A stretch of DNA of 64,000 nucleotides, from contig CBDCZH010000010.1 in assembly GCA_965224485.1 (NCBI GenBank), positions 160,001 to 224,000 on the forward strand, written 5' to 3'. Positions 9,395 through 19,849 of this stretch are shown piece after piece. Each line of letters begins with the position of its first letter. Within the stretch, counting starts at the first letter, position 1. The notes under the pieces are model-generated. The model worked only from the letters and a program-made list of their open reading frames with translations. It did not search any database and was not told the DNA's origin. This stretch comes from Arcobacteraceae bacterium (GTDB taxonomy: Bacteria; Campylobacterota; Campylobacteria; Campylobacterales; Arcobacteraceae). Both the position numbers and the translations under genes were made by a program.

Positions 9395-9642
9395 TTTTTT
9401 TCCTTAAAATTTATTACTTATAAAACATCTTCGGATAGCGTAACTAAACTATAAAAGTCTAGCAATACTTACATAAATGCAAATATTTCCCTACTATTGT
9501 TTTCATAAGTGTGTATTGTACTTAATTTATATTTAAAAAAGGTTTATACAGCTTTTTTTTATATAAAAAAGTAAGAAAAAAATCAAATCTTTTTTTAATA
9601 TTTTTAATGTATAATAAAAAAAATTACTTTATAAGGTTTAAA

Positions 9643-11139
9643 ATGAAAAAATTCCTAGTTATATTATTTGTCTTACTTACCACTCTAGTTGTGGGAGTTT
9701 ACACTTTATTATTTACAAGTTCAGGAAACTCTATTGTTTCATCATTTATAGAAAACAAAGCAAATGAGCAGAAAAATGTTTCTTTTAAAGTTAATGCTTT
9801 TACTCTTACAACTTCTTCTATTAACTTTGATGCAAGTGTTGATAATAATTCACATATTAAAATAAATGGTGAATTATCTTTATTAAATCAAAGTGCAAAT
9901 TTGAGTTATGATATAAAAGTAAAAGATTTATCAAAACTTCAAAAACTAACAACTAAAAAACTAAATGGTAGTTTTAATACACAAGGAACAATAATAGGTG
10001 ATAGAGAACTTATGAATATAAAAGGTGTTTCTGATATTTTCTCAAGCTCTACAAAATATTCTGCTTCTTTGGTTAACTTAGAGCCAAAAGATATTTCACT
10101 TTTTGTAAAAAATGCAAAAATTGAAAAACTTTTATACTTATTAAACGAACCTTCTTATGCAAGAGGTTTGATTAATATTACTGCAAATATTAGAGATATG
10201 AAAGGGAAGATAGTAACTAAACTATCACAAGGTTTACTTAATAATAAAGTAGTAAATAAAAAGTTTGAAATGAAGTTAAGAAATCTATTAAGATTTAAAG
10301 GTGATATTGTTACTTCTTTAAGTAAAAACAGTGCTAGTACGAAAATTGATTTTTATACAACAATGGCAAATGTTTTTGTAAAAAAAGCTGTTTTTAATTT
10401 TGATGATGCTTCTTTAAATAGTGATTACAAAATTCATATTTCAAATTTGGCAAAACTTTACGACCTTAGTGCTACTAAAATGAGAGGAAATATTGTAATT
10501 AATGGAGAAGTTAAAAAAGACAAAAACTTGCTTCTTACAGGTTTCTCAAACCTTTTAGGTGGAAAATTAACATATAAACTTAATAATGATGATTTTACTG
10601 CAAAAATAAAAGACCTTAAAGTTTTAGAAATTTTACATATGCTTTATTATCCAGAGTTCTTTACTTCAAGAACCAATTTAGATATTGATTATAATCTGCT
10701 TTCTAAAAAAGGTAAAATCGAGGGTAAATTACTTGAGGGACAATTTTTAGCTAATAAGTTCTCAAGTATAATCAATCAAGTTGCTAGATTTGACATGACT
10801 AAAGAGGTTTATGATCATGTTATTTTAAAAAGTGATATTAATAAAAATATTATTAAGTCTGTTCTTGATATGAAAAGTAAACATACTTCTATAAGTATTC
10901 CTTCTTCTTTAGTGAATCTTGAAAAAAACAGTGTTCAAGCTTTAGTAAAAACTAATTTAAAAGGTATAAAGTTTGATACTAAAATATCTGGTGATTTAAA
11001 TAGTCCTGATATTAAAGTTGATACAAGTAAATTAATAAGTTCTGCTGCTAAAGCTAAAGTAAAAGAAAAAATAAATAAAACAATTGAGAAAAAACTTGGT
11101 GGAAAAGCTGGAGAGTTATTAAAAGGTTTTTTTAAATAA
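9643..11139 (+). CDS. Membrane-anchored beta-rich hypothetical protein (AsmA/TamB-like)
   Basis: Start moved to ATG 9643 (AAGG RBS); N-terminal TM segment and repetitive beta-strand sequence. Confidence 0.7.
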   Translation: MKKFLVILFVLLTTLVVGVYTLLFTSSGNSIVSSFIENKANEQKNVSFKVNAFTLTTSSINFDASVDNNSHIKINGELSLLNQSANLSYDIKVKDLSKLQKLTTKKLNGSFNTQGTIIGDRELMNIKGVSDIFSSSTKYSASLVNLEPKDISLFVKNAKIEKLLYLLNEPSYARGLINITANIRDMKGKIVTKLSQGLLNNKVVNKKFEMKLRNLLRFKGDIVTSLSKNSASTKIDFYTTMANVFVKKAVFNFDDASLNSDYKIHISNLAKLYDLSATKMRGNIVINGEVKKDKNLLLTGFSNLLGGKLTYKLNNDDFTAKIKDLKVLEILHMLYYPEFFTSRTNLDIDYNLLSKKGKIEGKLLEGQFLANKFSSIINQVARFDMTKEVYDHVILKSDINKNIIKSVLDMKSKHTSISIPSSLVNLEKNSVQALVKTNLKGIKFDTKISGDLNSPDIKVDTSKLISSAAKAKVKEKINKTIEKKLGGKAGELLKGFFK

Positions 11140-11161
11140 AAGAGAGTGTAAACTCTCTTTT
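11138..11161. terminator. Bidirectional intrinsic terminator
   Basis: AAAAGAGAGT-GTAA-ACTCTCTTTT. Confidence 0.8.
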
Positions 11162-11243
11162 TGAAATTTAGATTTAGATTATTGAAAGGAGGAGAAAAAA
11201 CAATATTCTAAATCCTAAAAAGTATTATTCTTGTTTTCTGGTA
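11138..11243 (-). ncRNA. Candidate small RNA with a C/U-rich anti-SD loop
   Basis: Minus-strand TATAAT at 11249-11254, long hairpin 11168-11218 with loop UUUUUUCUCCUCCUUU, then a terminator. Confidence 0.5.
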
Positions 11244-11297
11244 TTACAATTATAATATCTCTTCCTTAACGAAACTTTACAAAATCTTAACCGAATA

Positions 11298-11591
11298 TTA
11301 ATACAAGTCTTTTATAAGTAAGTCCATAATAAAAGCAGACTCTTTTTTATTAAATAAAGCGATTTGAGTTATGCTTTGTTTTTTATTTAAAACTATAATA
11401 TTCTCTTTTTTTAATATAGTTAAAAGTTTATTACTATCTTTATCTAAAAGATCTGCAATTTCTTCTATGTTTGAATGTATTAATGATTTAAAAAGTATGC
11501 TATCACTTTTTGAATAATTCTTAGTATTATAAATAATAAATGAACTAGTTGTCAAAAGTACTAATAAAACGATAATAAAAAAACTTTTCAA
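11298..11591 (-). CDS. Hypothetical membrane-anchored protein (97 aa)
   Basis: TTG start with AAAGGA RBS; N-terminal hydrophobic segment. Confidence 0.65.
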   Translation of the reverse strand: MKSFFIIVLLVLLTTSSFIIYNTKNYSKSDSILFKSLIHSNIEEIADLLDKDSNKLLTILKKENIIVLNKKQSITQIALFNKKESAFIMDLLIKDLY

Positions 11592-11687
11592 TATATTCCT
11601 TTTAAATAATATAATTTATTATATATTAAAAAAATTAATAGATAATTAATAGATGATTAATAAAAAAAACTCTTTTAAATATAATTT

Positions 11688-11726
11688 TAGAACAATTGTT
11701 CTATAATTTAGAACAATTGTTCTAAA
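11688..11726. promoter_or_regulatory. Tandem TetR operators (TAGAACAATTGTTCTA x2)
   Basis: Two perfect 16-bp palindromes at 11688-11703 and 11709-11724, just before the tetR RBS. Confidence 0.85.
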
Positions 11727-11734
11727 GGAGAAGA

Positions 11735-12385
11735 ATGTCTTCAAGAAAAGAAGAAATCATTAATACTGCAATTAAACTTTTTAATGAAAAATCTTGCTTA
11801 AAAACTACAACTAGGCATATTTGTGAAGACTTAGGTATTAGTGTTGGAAACTTATATTATTATTTTAAAGGAAAAGAAGAAATTATTATTTGTATTTATG
11901 AAAATTTTATGAAAGAATTAGCTCTTTCTTTTGATCTTGTATCAAAGGAAAAAGATAAAGCTTTTGATTTTTATGAATTTTTAGATACTCAAATGAATTT
12001 TGAATATAAATATAGATTTTTAAGACTTGAAATGATAAATTTAATATCTTTATATCCTCAAATAAAAAAATCCTTTGAACTTGGTGTAAATATTAAAATG
12101 CAGCAATTAAAGAACTTATATAAACATCAAATAAAATTTGCTTATATGAAAGAACTTGATGAAGATGAATTAAGTTTTATTATTTCAAATTCTTGGATAA
12201 TAGTTTCCCAATGGGAAATATTTTGGTTATTAAATAAGGTAGAAGATGAAAAGAATAGAAGAAAAAAAGGTATTTTAAATTTATTGTATTTTTTAAAACC
12301 ATATTTGAGTGAAAAAGGTTTAAAAGAAACAAAAATACTAGACTCAATTAATTTTCTTAAAAAGGACAAAAATGAGAGTAAATAA
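11735..12385 (+). CDS. TetR/AcrR family regulator
   Basis: HTH TTTRHICEDLGISVGNLYYYFKGKEE. Confidence 0.95.
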   Translation: MSSRKEEIINTAIKLFNEKSCLKTTTRHICEDLGISVGNLYYYFKGKEEIIICIYENFMKELALSFDLVSKEKDKAFDFYEFLDTQMNFEYKYRFLRLEMINLISLYPQIKKSFELGVNIKMQQLKNLYKHQIKFAYMKELDEDELSFIISNSWIIVSQWEIFWLLNKVEDEKNRRKKGILNLLYFLKPYLSEKGLKETKILDSINFLKKDKNESK

Positions 12386-14573
12386 AATGTTTAAAGCTAT
12401 GTTGCTAATGATATTTTGTATAAATTTACTTTATGCAAAACATTTAAATGTAAGAATTATAAGTGATGCTTTTAGCAGTGATTTAAATGAACAAATTATG
12501 TATGAAACAAATAAACTATTTGTAGACGAAGAAAAAATTAAATTTACTATTATAAAAACTGCTAAGAAAGAAGATTTCGCTAAGATATTTAAGGCTTCAA
12601 ACAAAGATATAAATATTGATGCTATTTTAATTTTAGGGCAAAATAATACAAAACTCTTATTAGAAGAAAAATACTTCAACAAACAAATAATTCTTTTAAG
12701 TTCTATGGCTTTAAATGAGAACTCATTAATAAGTAAAAAGAACTTGTATATTGTAGATTATTCTACTTATAAAAAAGACCTTAGTTTTATAAAAAACAAC
12801 TTTGTAAGTAAAAAAGTATTTATTCTAAATGATTTAGAAAAAAGTATTAAAAAAGAAGAATTAGGAAAATTAAAGAATTATGATTTTGTATATATACAAA
12901 ATGAATCTTTTAATAAAAAGAAATCATTAGAGTTTTTGTTTTCATATTTAAATGAAAACAAAATAAAATCATTTTATTCTTTTGATAACTCTTCTTTTAT
13001 AAATAAAACATTATTTTACAATCAAAAAATAAATTTAAGTAAAATATCAAGAACTGTAGCTTTAGAGCTTTATCAAGCTTTTAAAGAAGAAAAAGAAGAA
13101 CTTATAAAATATAATAAAGTATATTCAAACTTAGCTGTTGTTTTGAATGAAGATATTGCTTTAAAAATAGAATATAAACCAAGTTTTGATTTATTAGAAA
13201 AAGTTTTAAGTGTAGGTTCAAATAAGAGCAAAAACCTTAAAATAAATTTACAAGTTGCTATTTCTATGGTTTTAGAAAAATCATATGATTATCAAATATC
13301 TAAGAATAATCTTTTACGTCAAAATGAGAATATCAATAATGCTTATAGTTTTTACAAACCTAATATAAATTTATCTGCAAGTTACACTAGAATTGATAAA
13401 GATAGAGCAAAATATAGTAATGGTGCGTATGTTGAAAAAACATCTTCTTTATCTTTGTCTTATTCTCAACTTTTATATAGCCCCTTATCTTATAAAAATA
13501 TTAATATAAATAAAATACTTTATGAAGCAAGTAAAAGTGAAACAAAAACTATGCAAGATGCTATTTTATATCAAGTTGTTTTAAACTATCTAAATACTTT
13601 AAGTCTAGAAAAATCTTATGAGATAGTAAAAAATAAGAAAACTTTTATTAAAGAAAATTTAACATTAGCTGAAAATAGACTTGAAGTTGGATTTTCTGAT
13701 AAGAGTGATATTTATAGATGGCAAAATGAATTAGCTAATGTAAATATTGAACTTGTAAATGTAAAAGCAAGTTATAATAAACAAAAAATAGACTTATCAA
13801 ATTTATTACAAATACCAAATAAAGAACATATTTCTTTATTATCATATGATATAAACGATGAGATTTTTAAACTTTTTAATAAAACTCCTGCTTTATTAAT
13901 TTCTACGCCAAAAGATTTAGAAAAGTTAGCTACATATTTATCTTCATCTTTTATAAAAAAACATAATAAAATAAATATATATCTTGAACAAATAAAAGCA
14001 AAAAAAGAGCAAATAAAAGCTCTTAAACAAAGCTATTATTTGCCTGAGTTATCATTTAATGCAAGTGCTAGTAAAATCTTGCGAAAAGATGGAGAAGGAT
14101 CAAGGGTAGATACCTTATGGGATGATAAACAATATCAAAGTACTTTACAAGTTAAAATACCCTTATATTCTGGGGGTAGAAGAAGTATTGATGTTGAAAA
14201 GTATAAAATTGATTTAATGAATTTATACCATCTTTTAAATAAAGAAAAACTACAAATAAGTAAAAATATTTTAAAAGATATACAAAATATATCTTCTTCT
14301 TATAGTAGTATTAAGTACTCTAACCTAGCTTATAATAGTTCAAAGAAAAATTATGACTTAATACAAGACAAATATGCAAAAGGTAAAACAAGTATATTAA
14401 GTCTACTTGATGCTCAAAACTCGATGATAATAGCAAAAATGTTAAAAAATTCTTCTACATATTCTTACTTATTAGATGTAAGTACGATTTTTTATACAAT
14501 TGGTCATATAAATATTTTATATAATAAAAGTGACAAACAAAACATGCAAATTGAATTAAGAAAAGGTTTATAA
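12372..14573 (+). CDS. TolC-family outer membrane efflux protein with extended N-terminal domain
   Basis: C-terminal outer membrane factor repeats (YYLPELSF, KYAKGKTSILSLLDAQ); about 290 extra N-terminal residues. Confidence 0.85.
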   Translation: MRVNKMFKAMLLMIFCINLLYAKHLNVRIISDAFSSDLNEQIMYETNKLFVDEEKIKFTIIKTAKKEDFAKIFKASNKDINIDAILILGQNNTKLLLEEKYFNKQIILLSSMALNENSLISKKNLYIVDYSTYKKDLSFIKNNFVSKKVFILNDLEKSIKKEELGKLKNYDFVYIQNESFNKKKSLEFLFSYLNENKIKSFYSFDNSSFINKTLFYNQKINLSKISRTVALELYQAFKEEKEELIKYNKVYSNLAVVLNEDIALKIEYKPSFDLLEKVLSVGSNKSKNLKINLQVAISMVLEKSYDYQISKNNLLRQNENINNAYSFYKPNINLSASYTRIDKDRAKYSNGAYVEKTSSLSLSYSQLLYSPLSYKNININKILYEASKSETKTMQDAILYQVVLNYLNTLSLEKSYEIVKNKKTFIKENLTLAENRLEVGFSDKSDIYRWQNELANVNIELVNVKASYNKQKIDLSNLLQIPNKEHISLLSYDINDEIFKLFNKTPALLISTPKDLEKLATYLSSSFIKKHNKINIYLEQIKAKKEQIKALKQSYYLPELSFNASASKILRKDGEGSRVDTLWDDKQYQSTLQVKIPLYSGGRRSIDVEKYKIDLMNLYHLLNKEKLQISKNILKDIQNISSSYSSIKYSNLAYNSSKKNYDLIQDKYAKGKTSILSLLDAQNSMIIAKMLKNSSTYSYLLDVSTIFYTIGHINILYNKSDKQNMQIELRKGL

Positions 14574-15664
14574 TGAAAGACAAAGTTTTAGGTTTAATAG
14601 GAATACTATTTCTTCTTATCTCTTTTACATCTTGTGAAGATAAAAATAAAGAAGAAGTTGTTGAAGTTATAATTAGACCAGTTATAACAATCAATCCAAG
14701 GCTTAAAAATAGTGAAATTAATAAAACATTTAACGCTATTTCAAAAGCTCATGAGCAAATAAATTTAAGTTTTAAAGTAAAAGGAAATATAAATAAAATT
14801 GATTTGGAGCTTGGAGATTTTGTTAAAAAAGGAGATTTATTAGCTTCTTTAGATTCAAAACCTTATTATATAAAAAATAAACAAGCTTCTTTTTCCCTGC
14901 AAGAAGCTAAAGCTAAATTAAAAAATGCGAAAAGTTCTTACAATAGAGTTAAAAAACTTTATATTAATCAAAATAGCTCTCAAAGTGACTTAGATAGTGC
15001 ACAAGCACTATATTATTCAATTAAAGCTAGTGTTTCAAAGGCACAACAGAGTTTGGATTTTACTAAACTGCAACTATCATATACTTATTTATATGCACCA
15101 AAAAGTGGTTTTATTGCAGCTAAATATGTGCAAAAAGATGAAAATGTTAATGTAGGAACTACTTTGCTTTTATTAAGTGATGAAAATGTTTTAGATGTAA
15201 GTGCTCAAATTCCTGAGAATTTTATTAATAGTATAAAAGAAAATGACGAAGTATTATTAAGTTTTGATTCTTTAAAAAATCAAACATTTAAAGCAAGAGT
15301 TACTGAAGTATCAAAAATTGCCTCAATTAAAGTAAAAACATTTGAAGTAATAGTAAAACTATTAAAAATCAATAAAAATGTAAAAGCAGGAATGGCTGCA
15401 AGAATTACTTTTTTCTTAAATGAAAAAGGTTCTAATATATTAGAAGTACCAAGTGCAAGTGTACTTAATGATAAAAATGGATATTTTGTATATTTAGCTA
15501 TAAAGTATAAAGATAATTTGGCAAAAATCAAAAGAGTAAATATAGAAGTTGGAAAATTAAGTTCTAGTGGTTTTGAAGTATTAAAAGGTTTAAAGAAAGA
15601 TGATTTAGTTTTAAAAGCTGGTATGTCTCAAGTTTTTGAAGATATGATTGTTGAATTAAGGTAA
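14573..15664 (+). CDS. RND efflux periplasmic adaptor (lipoprotein)
   Basis: Lipobox FTSC; LSFKVKG...GDFVKKGDLLASLD; LYAPKSG. Confidence 0.92.
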   Translation: MKDKVLGLIGILFLLISFTSCEDKNKEEVVEVIIRPVITINPRLKNSEINKTFNAISKAHEQINLSFKVKGNINKIDLELGDFVKKGDLLASLDSKPYYIKNKQASFSLQEAKAKLKNAKSSYNRVKKLYINQNSSQSDLDSAQALYYSIKASVSKAQQSLDFTKLQLSYTYLYAPKSGFIAAKYVQKDENVNVGTTLLLLSDENVLDVSAQIPENFINSIKENDEVLLSFDSLKNQTFKARVTEVSKIASIKVKTFEVIVKLLKINKNVKAGMAARITFFLNEKGSNILEVPSASVLNDKNGYFVYLAIKYKDNLAKIKRVNIEVGKLSSSGFEVLKGLKKDDLVLKAGMSQVFEDMIVELR

Positions 15665-15667
15665 AAA

Positions 15668-18600
15668 ATGAATATTACAAAATTTGCACTAAAAAATGAC
15701 AGGGTAATAATAGTTTTTTCACTTATTTTACTAGTATATGGTTTAATATCTTTTTTCAATCTTCCAAGAGCGAAAGATCCTGGGTTTATAATAAGAACAG
15801 CTACAGTTGTAACATATTTCCCAGGAGCTAGTGCATTAAGAGTTGAACAGTTAGTTACTGATAAATTAGAAAAAGCAATTAAAGAAATGCCTGAAATTGA
15901 CAATATTAAAAGTACTTCAAAAACTGGTGTTTCTATTATTTTCGTTAATATTTTAGAAAAACATAAAAAAATGCGTCCTATTTGGGATAAATTACAAAGA
16001 AAAGTAAATAAAGCTCAAAGAGAACTACCTTCTGGAGTATCTATTCCTATTGTAAATGATGAGTTTGGTGATGTTTATGGAACCCTTTTATCAATAAAGG
16101 CAAAAGGTTTGTCTCCTAAAGAGCTAGAAAAAATAGCAGATGATACTAAAGATGTCTTTTTACGTTTAAAGAATATTGCAAAAGTAGATATTTTAGGTAT
16201 TCAAGAACAAAGAATTTTTGTAGAGTTTGATAACTCAAAATTGGCAAATTTAGGAATAAGTGCTCTTTACTTAAAAAATATTCTAAGCAAAAAAAATATT
16301 GTTATTTCAGGAGGTGAGATAAAAGTAGATAAAGCAAGACTTTCTATTGAGCCTAGTGGAAATTATGAAAATATTCAAGGTTTAGAAAATACTATTATTA
16401 CTCTGCCTTCTGGAACTAATATATTTTTAAAAGATATAGCCAGTATAAAAAGTTCTTATAAGCAACCACAAAGTACTCTACTTCGCGTAAATTCACAGAA
16501 TTCTTTGCTTCTCGCAATTTCAATGAAAAAAGATGGTGATATTCTTCAGATGGGTGAAAATATTAGAGCTTTAATGAAAAAAGTTCAAGAGAAACAAGCC
16601 TTAGGTGTAGAAATGGATGTTCTATTTTTTGAAGCTTCTTTAGTAGATAGAATTGTAGGAAATTTTACAAATAATTTACTTCAAGCTATGTTTCTTGTTG
16701 TTTTAGTTATGTTATTTACTCTAGGAATTAGAACAGGAATGATTGTAGCAACTCTTATTCCCATGTCTATTTTTTCTAGTTTTATTTTAATGAGTGTTTT
16801 TGATATTTGGATTGATCAGGTATCTTTAGCTGCTTTAATAATATCTCTTGGTCTCTTAGTTGATTCTGCTATTGTTATGAGTGAGTCTATTATGGTTATG
16901 ATGCAAAAAAGGTAAAGATGTTTATACAGCATCTCTTGAGTCTGCAAAAGAGTTAAAAATTCCATTATTAACATCATCTTTAACAACAGCGGCTGCTTTT
17001 TTACCGATTTTTCTAGCAAAATCAAATACGGGAGAGTATACAAATGCAATTTTTAAAGTTGTATCTTTAACTCTTTTATCTTCTTGGGTTTTAGCTTTAA
17101 CACTAACTCCTGTTTTAAGTATGTATTTTATGAAAAAAGATTTAAAACCACATAATTTTGATTCAAGTATTTATAAAATATACAGAAAAATATTAGAAAA
17201 AATGTTAAAAAATAGAATAATTTCTCTCCTTAGTATTATATTTATTTTTGTTTTTGTAATGTCTTTATTTAAGTATGTACCAAAACTATTTTTTCCACCT
17301 TCAGATCAGCCAAGTTTTACTATTGAGCTTAGACTTCCTGTTGGAACAGCAATTGAAACTACTTCTTCAAATTTAAAACAAATTGAAAATTATCTTTATG
17401 ATAATTTTGTTTTAAAAGAGAAAAAAGTTATTAATTTTGTCTCTTTTATAGGAGAAGGAGCTCCTAGATTCTGGCTTTCATATGTAAAAGAGTTAGCTAG
17501 TCCTGAGTATGGAGTTATCTTAGTTAATACAAAAGATTTAGCAGCAAATAAAGAAGTTATGAAAAAAATTGAAAATTATTGTTTCAAAAACTTTCCAGAT
17601 ATGCAAATTGCTGCAAAACCTCTTGCAAATGGTCCTCCTGTTAAAAAACCAGTTGAAATTAGAATTAGTGGTAAAAATATAGAAGAGTTATTTAAAATAT
17701 CAAATAGAATTAAACAAGAGCTCTCTTCTATTCCTGGTGTTAAAAATATTTCAGATGATTGGGGTTTAAGAAGTAAAAAATTAAAAGTTAATATTAATGA
17801 AATAAAAGCTTTACGAGCTGGAATTACTAATTATGATATTGCCATATCCCTACAAGCTAGTTTAAGTGGATATAAAATAACAACTTTTAGAAAAAACGAT
17901 AAATTAATTCCTATAATATTACGATCAAATAAAAAAGTAAGAGATAATATAGATGCAATTGAAGGAATTAATGTTTATTCTCAAAGTACAGGAAAAAATA
18001 CTCCTTTGGGGCAAGTGGCTTCCATAGAAGTTGTTTATGAAGAGTCTAAAATAATAAGACGTGACAGGTTAAAAACTGTTACTATTTCTACTGAGATAAC
18101 AAAAGATGCGAATGCTTTGGCAATTTTTGAGCAAATAAAACCTTTTTTAGAAAAGTACTCGAAAAGTTTTAATCTTGGTTATTATTATGAATTTGGTGGA
18201 GAATTTGAAGCTACTGGGAAATCTCAAAAATCAATTGCGGTTAATCTACCCTTAACTGGAATGATAATTCTTTTAATAATGGTCACTCAGTTTAATTCTA
18301 TTAAAAAACCAATTATTATTCTTACAACGATTCCTTTGGGTATGATAGGTGTAGTTATTGGTTTATTAGCGGTTAGATCATATTTTGGTTTTATGACATT
18401 ACTTGGAATAATATCTTTATCAGGTATTGTTATTAATAATGCAATTGTATTATTAGAGCGAATTAAAATAGAGCAAGAAGAAGCTAGTTCTCATTTTGAG
18501 GCAGTTATTACTGCTTGTTTAAGTAGGTTTAGACCAATTCTTTTAACTACACTTACAACAATCTTAGGACTTATTCCTTTATATTTAAGTGGTGGTCCTA

Positions 18601-18716
18601 TGTGGGAACCAATGGCAGTAGCTATTATTTTTGGACTATTATTTGCTACTATTTTAACTCTTGGTTTTATTCCAGTGTTATATGCTTTATTTTATAAAGT
18701 AAAAGAAGAAGTATAA
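15668..18716 (+). pseudogene. AcrB/AcrD/AcrF RND permease split by a +1 frameshift in A6 at 16905-16910
   Basis: GLLVDSAIV in the first part; GIVINNAIVL and RFRPILLT in the second. Removing one A gives a continuous frame (MQKGKDVYTASLESAKELKIPLLTSSLTT). Confidence 0.9.
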
Positions 18717-18739
18717 AAAATATAGATAGCTTGTTTAAG

Positions 18740-18768
18740 AAGTTATGCATTAAATTAATGCATAACTT
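18740..18768. terminator. Inverted repeat between convergent RND and SCO genes
   Basis: AAGTTATGCATTAA-A-TTAATGCATAACTT, perfect 14-bp arms. Confidence 0.65.
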
Positions 18769-18772
18769 TAGA

Positions 18773-19348
18773 TTAAAGTATTTTCTCTAAAACTTCTTTT
18801 ATCTCTTTAGGGTTTGTAAAATGATCAATTTTTGCAATAAATTTACCGCTTTTATCAAAGATATAAATATATGAAGTATGAGAAACTGAATAATCCATAG
18901 CAGAGTTTTCTAGTTTAACAAACTGATAATAAGAGCCATATCTTTTTACAATGTCATCAATATTTTCTTTATTAGAAGTAGCTCCTAAGAAAGTTGGATG
19001 AAAATAAGAAGAATACTCTTTTAAGTTTTTTAACTTATCTCTTTTTGGATCAACTGAAATAAATAAACCAGCAAAATCTTTTGTTTTTTCTTTAGGAAAA
19101 CTTTTTACAGCTTGCGCAAGAGAACTTAAAGAAGTAGGGCATACATCTGGGCAATACATATAACCAAAATAAATAGCTAAAACCTTACCTTCAAAATCTT
19201 TTTTACTAATTTCACCATCTATTGTAGATAGAGTGAAATCATACTTTTTGCTTTCTTTATAATCATTCATTAATGGTTCTAGGGCAAAAATAAGTCCTAG
19301 GGCAAAAATGAATACAAAAGCATATGAAATAATTTTTTTAATACTCAT
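18773..19348 (-). CDS. SCO1/SenC family copper chaperone
   Basis: YFGYMYCPDVCP, ISVDPKRD, YSVSHTS. Confidence 0.95.
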   Translation of the reverse strand: MSIKKIISYAFVFIFALGLIFALEPLMNDYKESKKYDFTLSTIDGEISKKDFEGKVLAIYFGYMYCPDVCPTSLSSLAQAVKSFPKEKTKDFAGLFISVDPKRDKLKNLKEYSSYFHPTFLGATSNKENIDDIVKRYGSYYQFVKLENSAMDYSVSHTSYIYIFDKSGKFIAKIDHFTNPKEIKEVLEKIL

Positions 19349-19839
19349 TATATATCCGTTTCAAATTTAAATCTTGCACCAATTATTTTATTGATTTTAG
19401 AAATTTCAATATCTGCATTCCATTTCATAAAACCAACAGGACAAGTAGGAAGAGTGCCTGTTGTTTCATATGTTCCATCTTCATTAGATTTTAAAGATAA
19501 AATATATTCACCCATCATCATATTTGTTGCATAGATTTTTAATTGTAAATTTTTTAAATCTTTTATTGAACTTGTAACTTTAAACTTTAATGGTGTCATT
19601 AATGGTAAATCTTTTGGAAATATTTCTAAAGAAAATTTTGTACCATCTTGAATAACAACTTCACAAGGTCCAGCTCTTAAGTCACACTTTTTGTTTTGAG
19701 TAATAAACTCACCATCGCCTCTTAATGAGTTGTATATTGAGTTAAAATCAATAAAAAAATAACCTGCAACAATAATAACTACAAGTAAGACTTGTATAAA
19801 AAGAGCCTTTTTGGGAGGAACTAATTCTTCATTTTGCAT
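19348..19839 (-). CDS. Hypothetical membrane-anchored protein of SCO/PCuAC clusters
   Basis: TM segment, CDLRAGPC, NMMMG, LPTC; overlaps the sco start by 1 nt. Confidence 0.75.
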   Translation of the reverse strand: MQNEELVPPKKALFIQVLLVVIIVAGYFFIDFNSIYNSLRGDGEFITQNKKCDLRAGPCEVVIQDGTKFSLEIFPKDLPLMTPLKFKVTSSIKDLKNLQLKIYATNMMMGEYILSLKSNEDGTYETTGTLPTCPVGFMKWNADIEISKINKIIGARFKFETDI

Positions 19840-19849
19840 AATTTACCTT

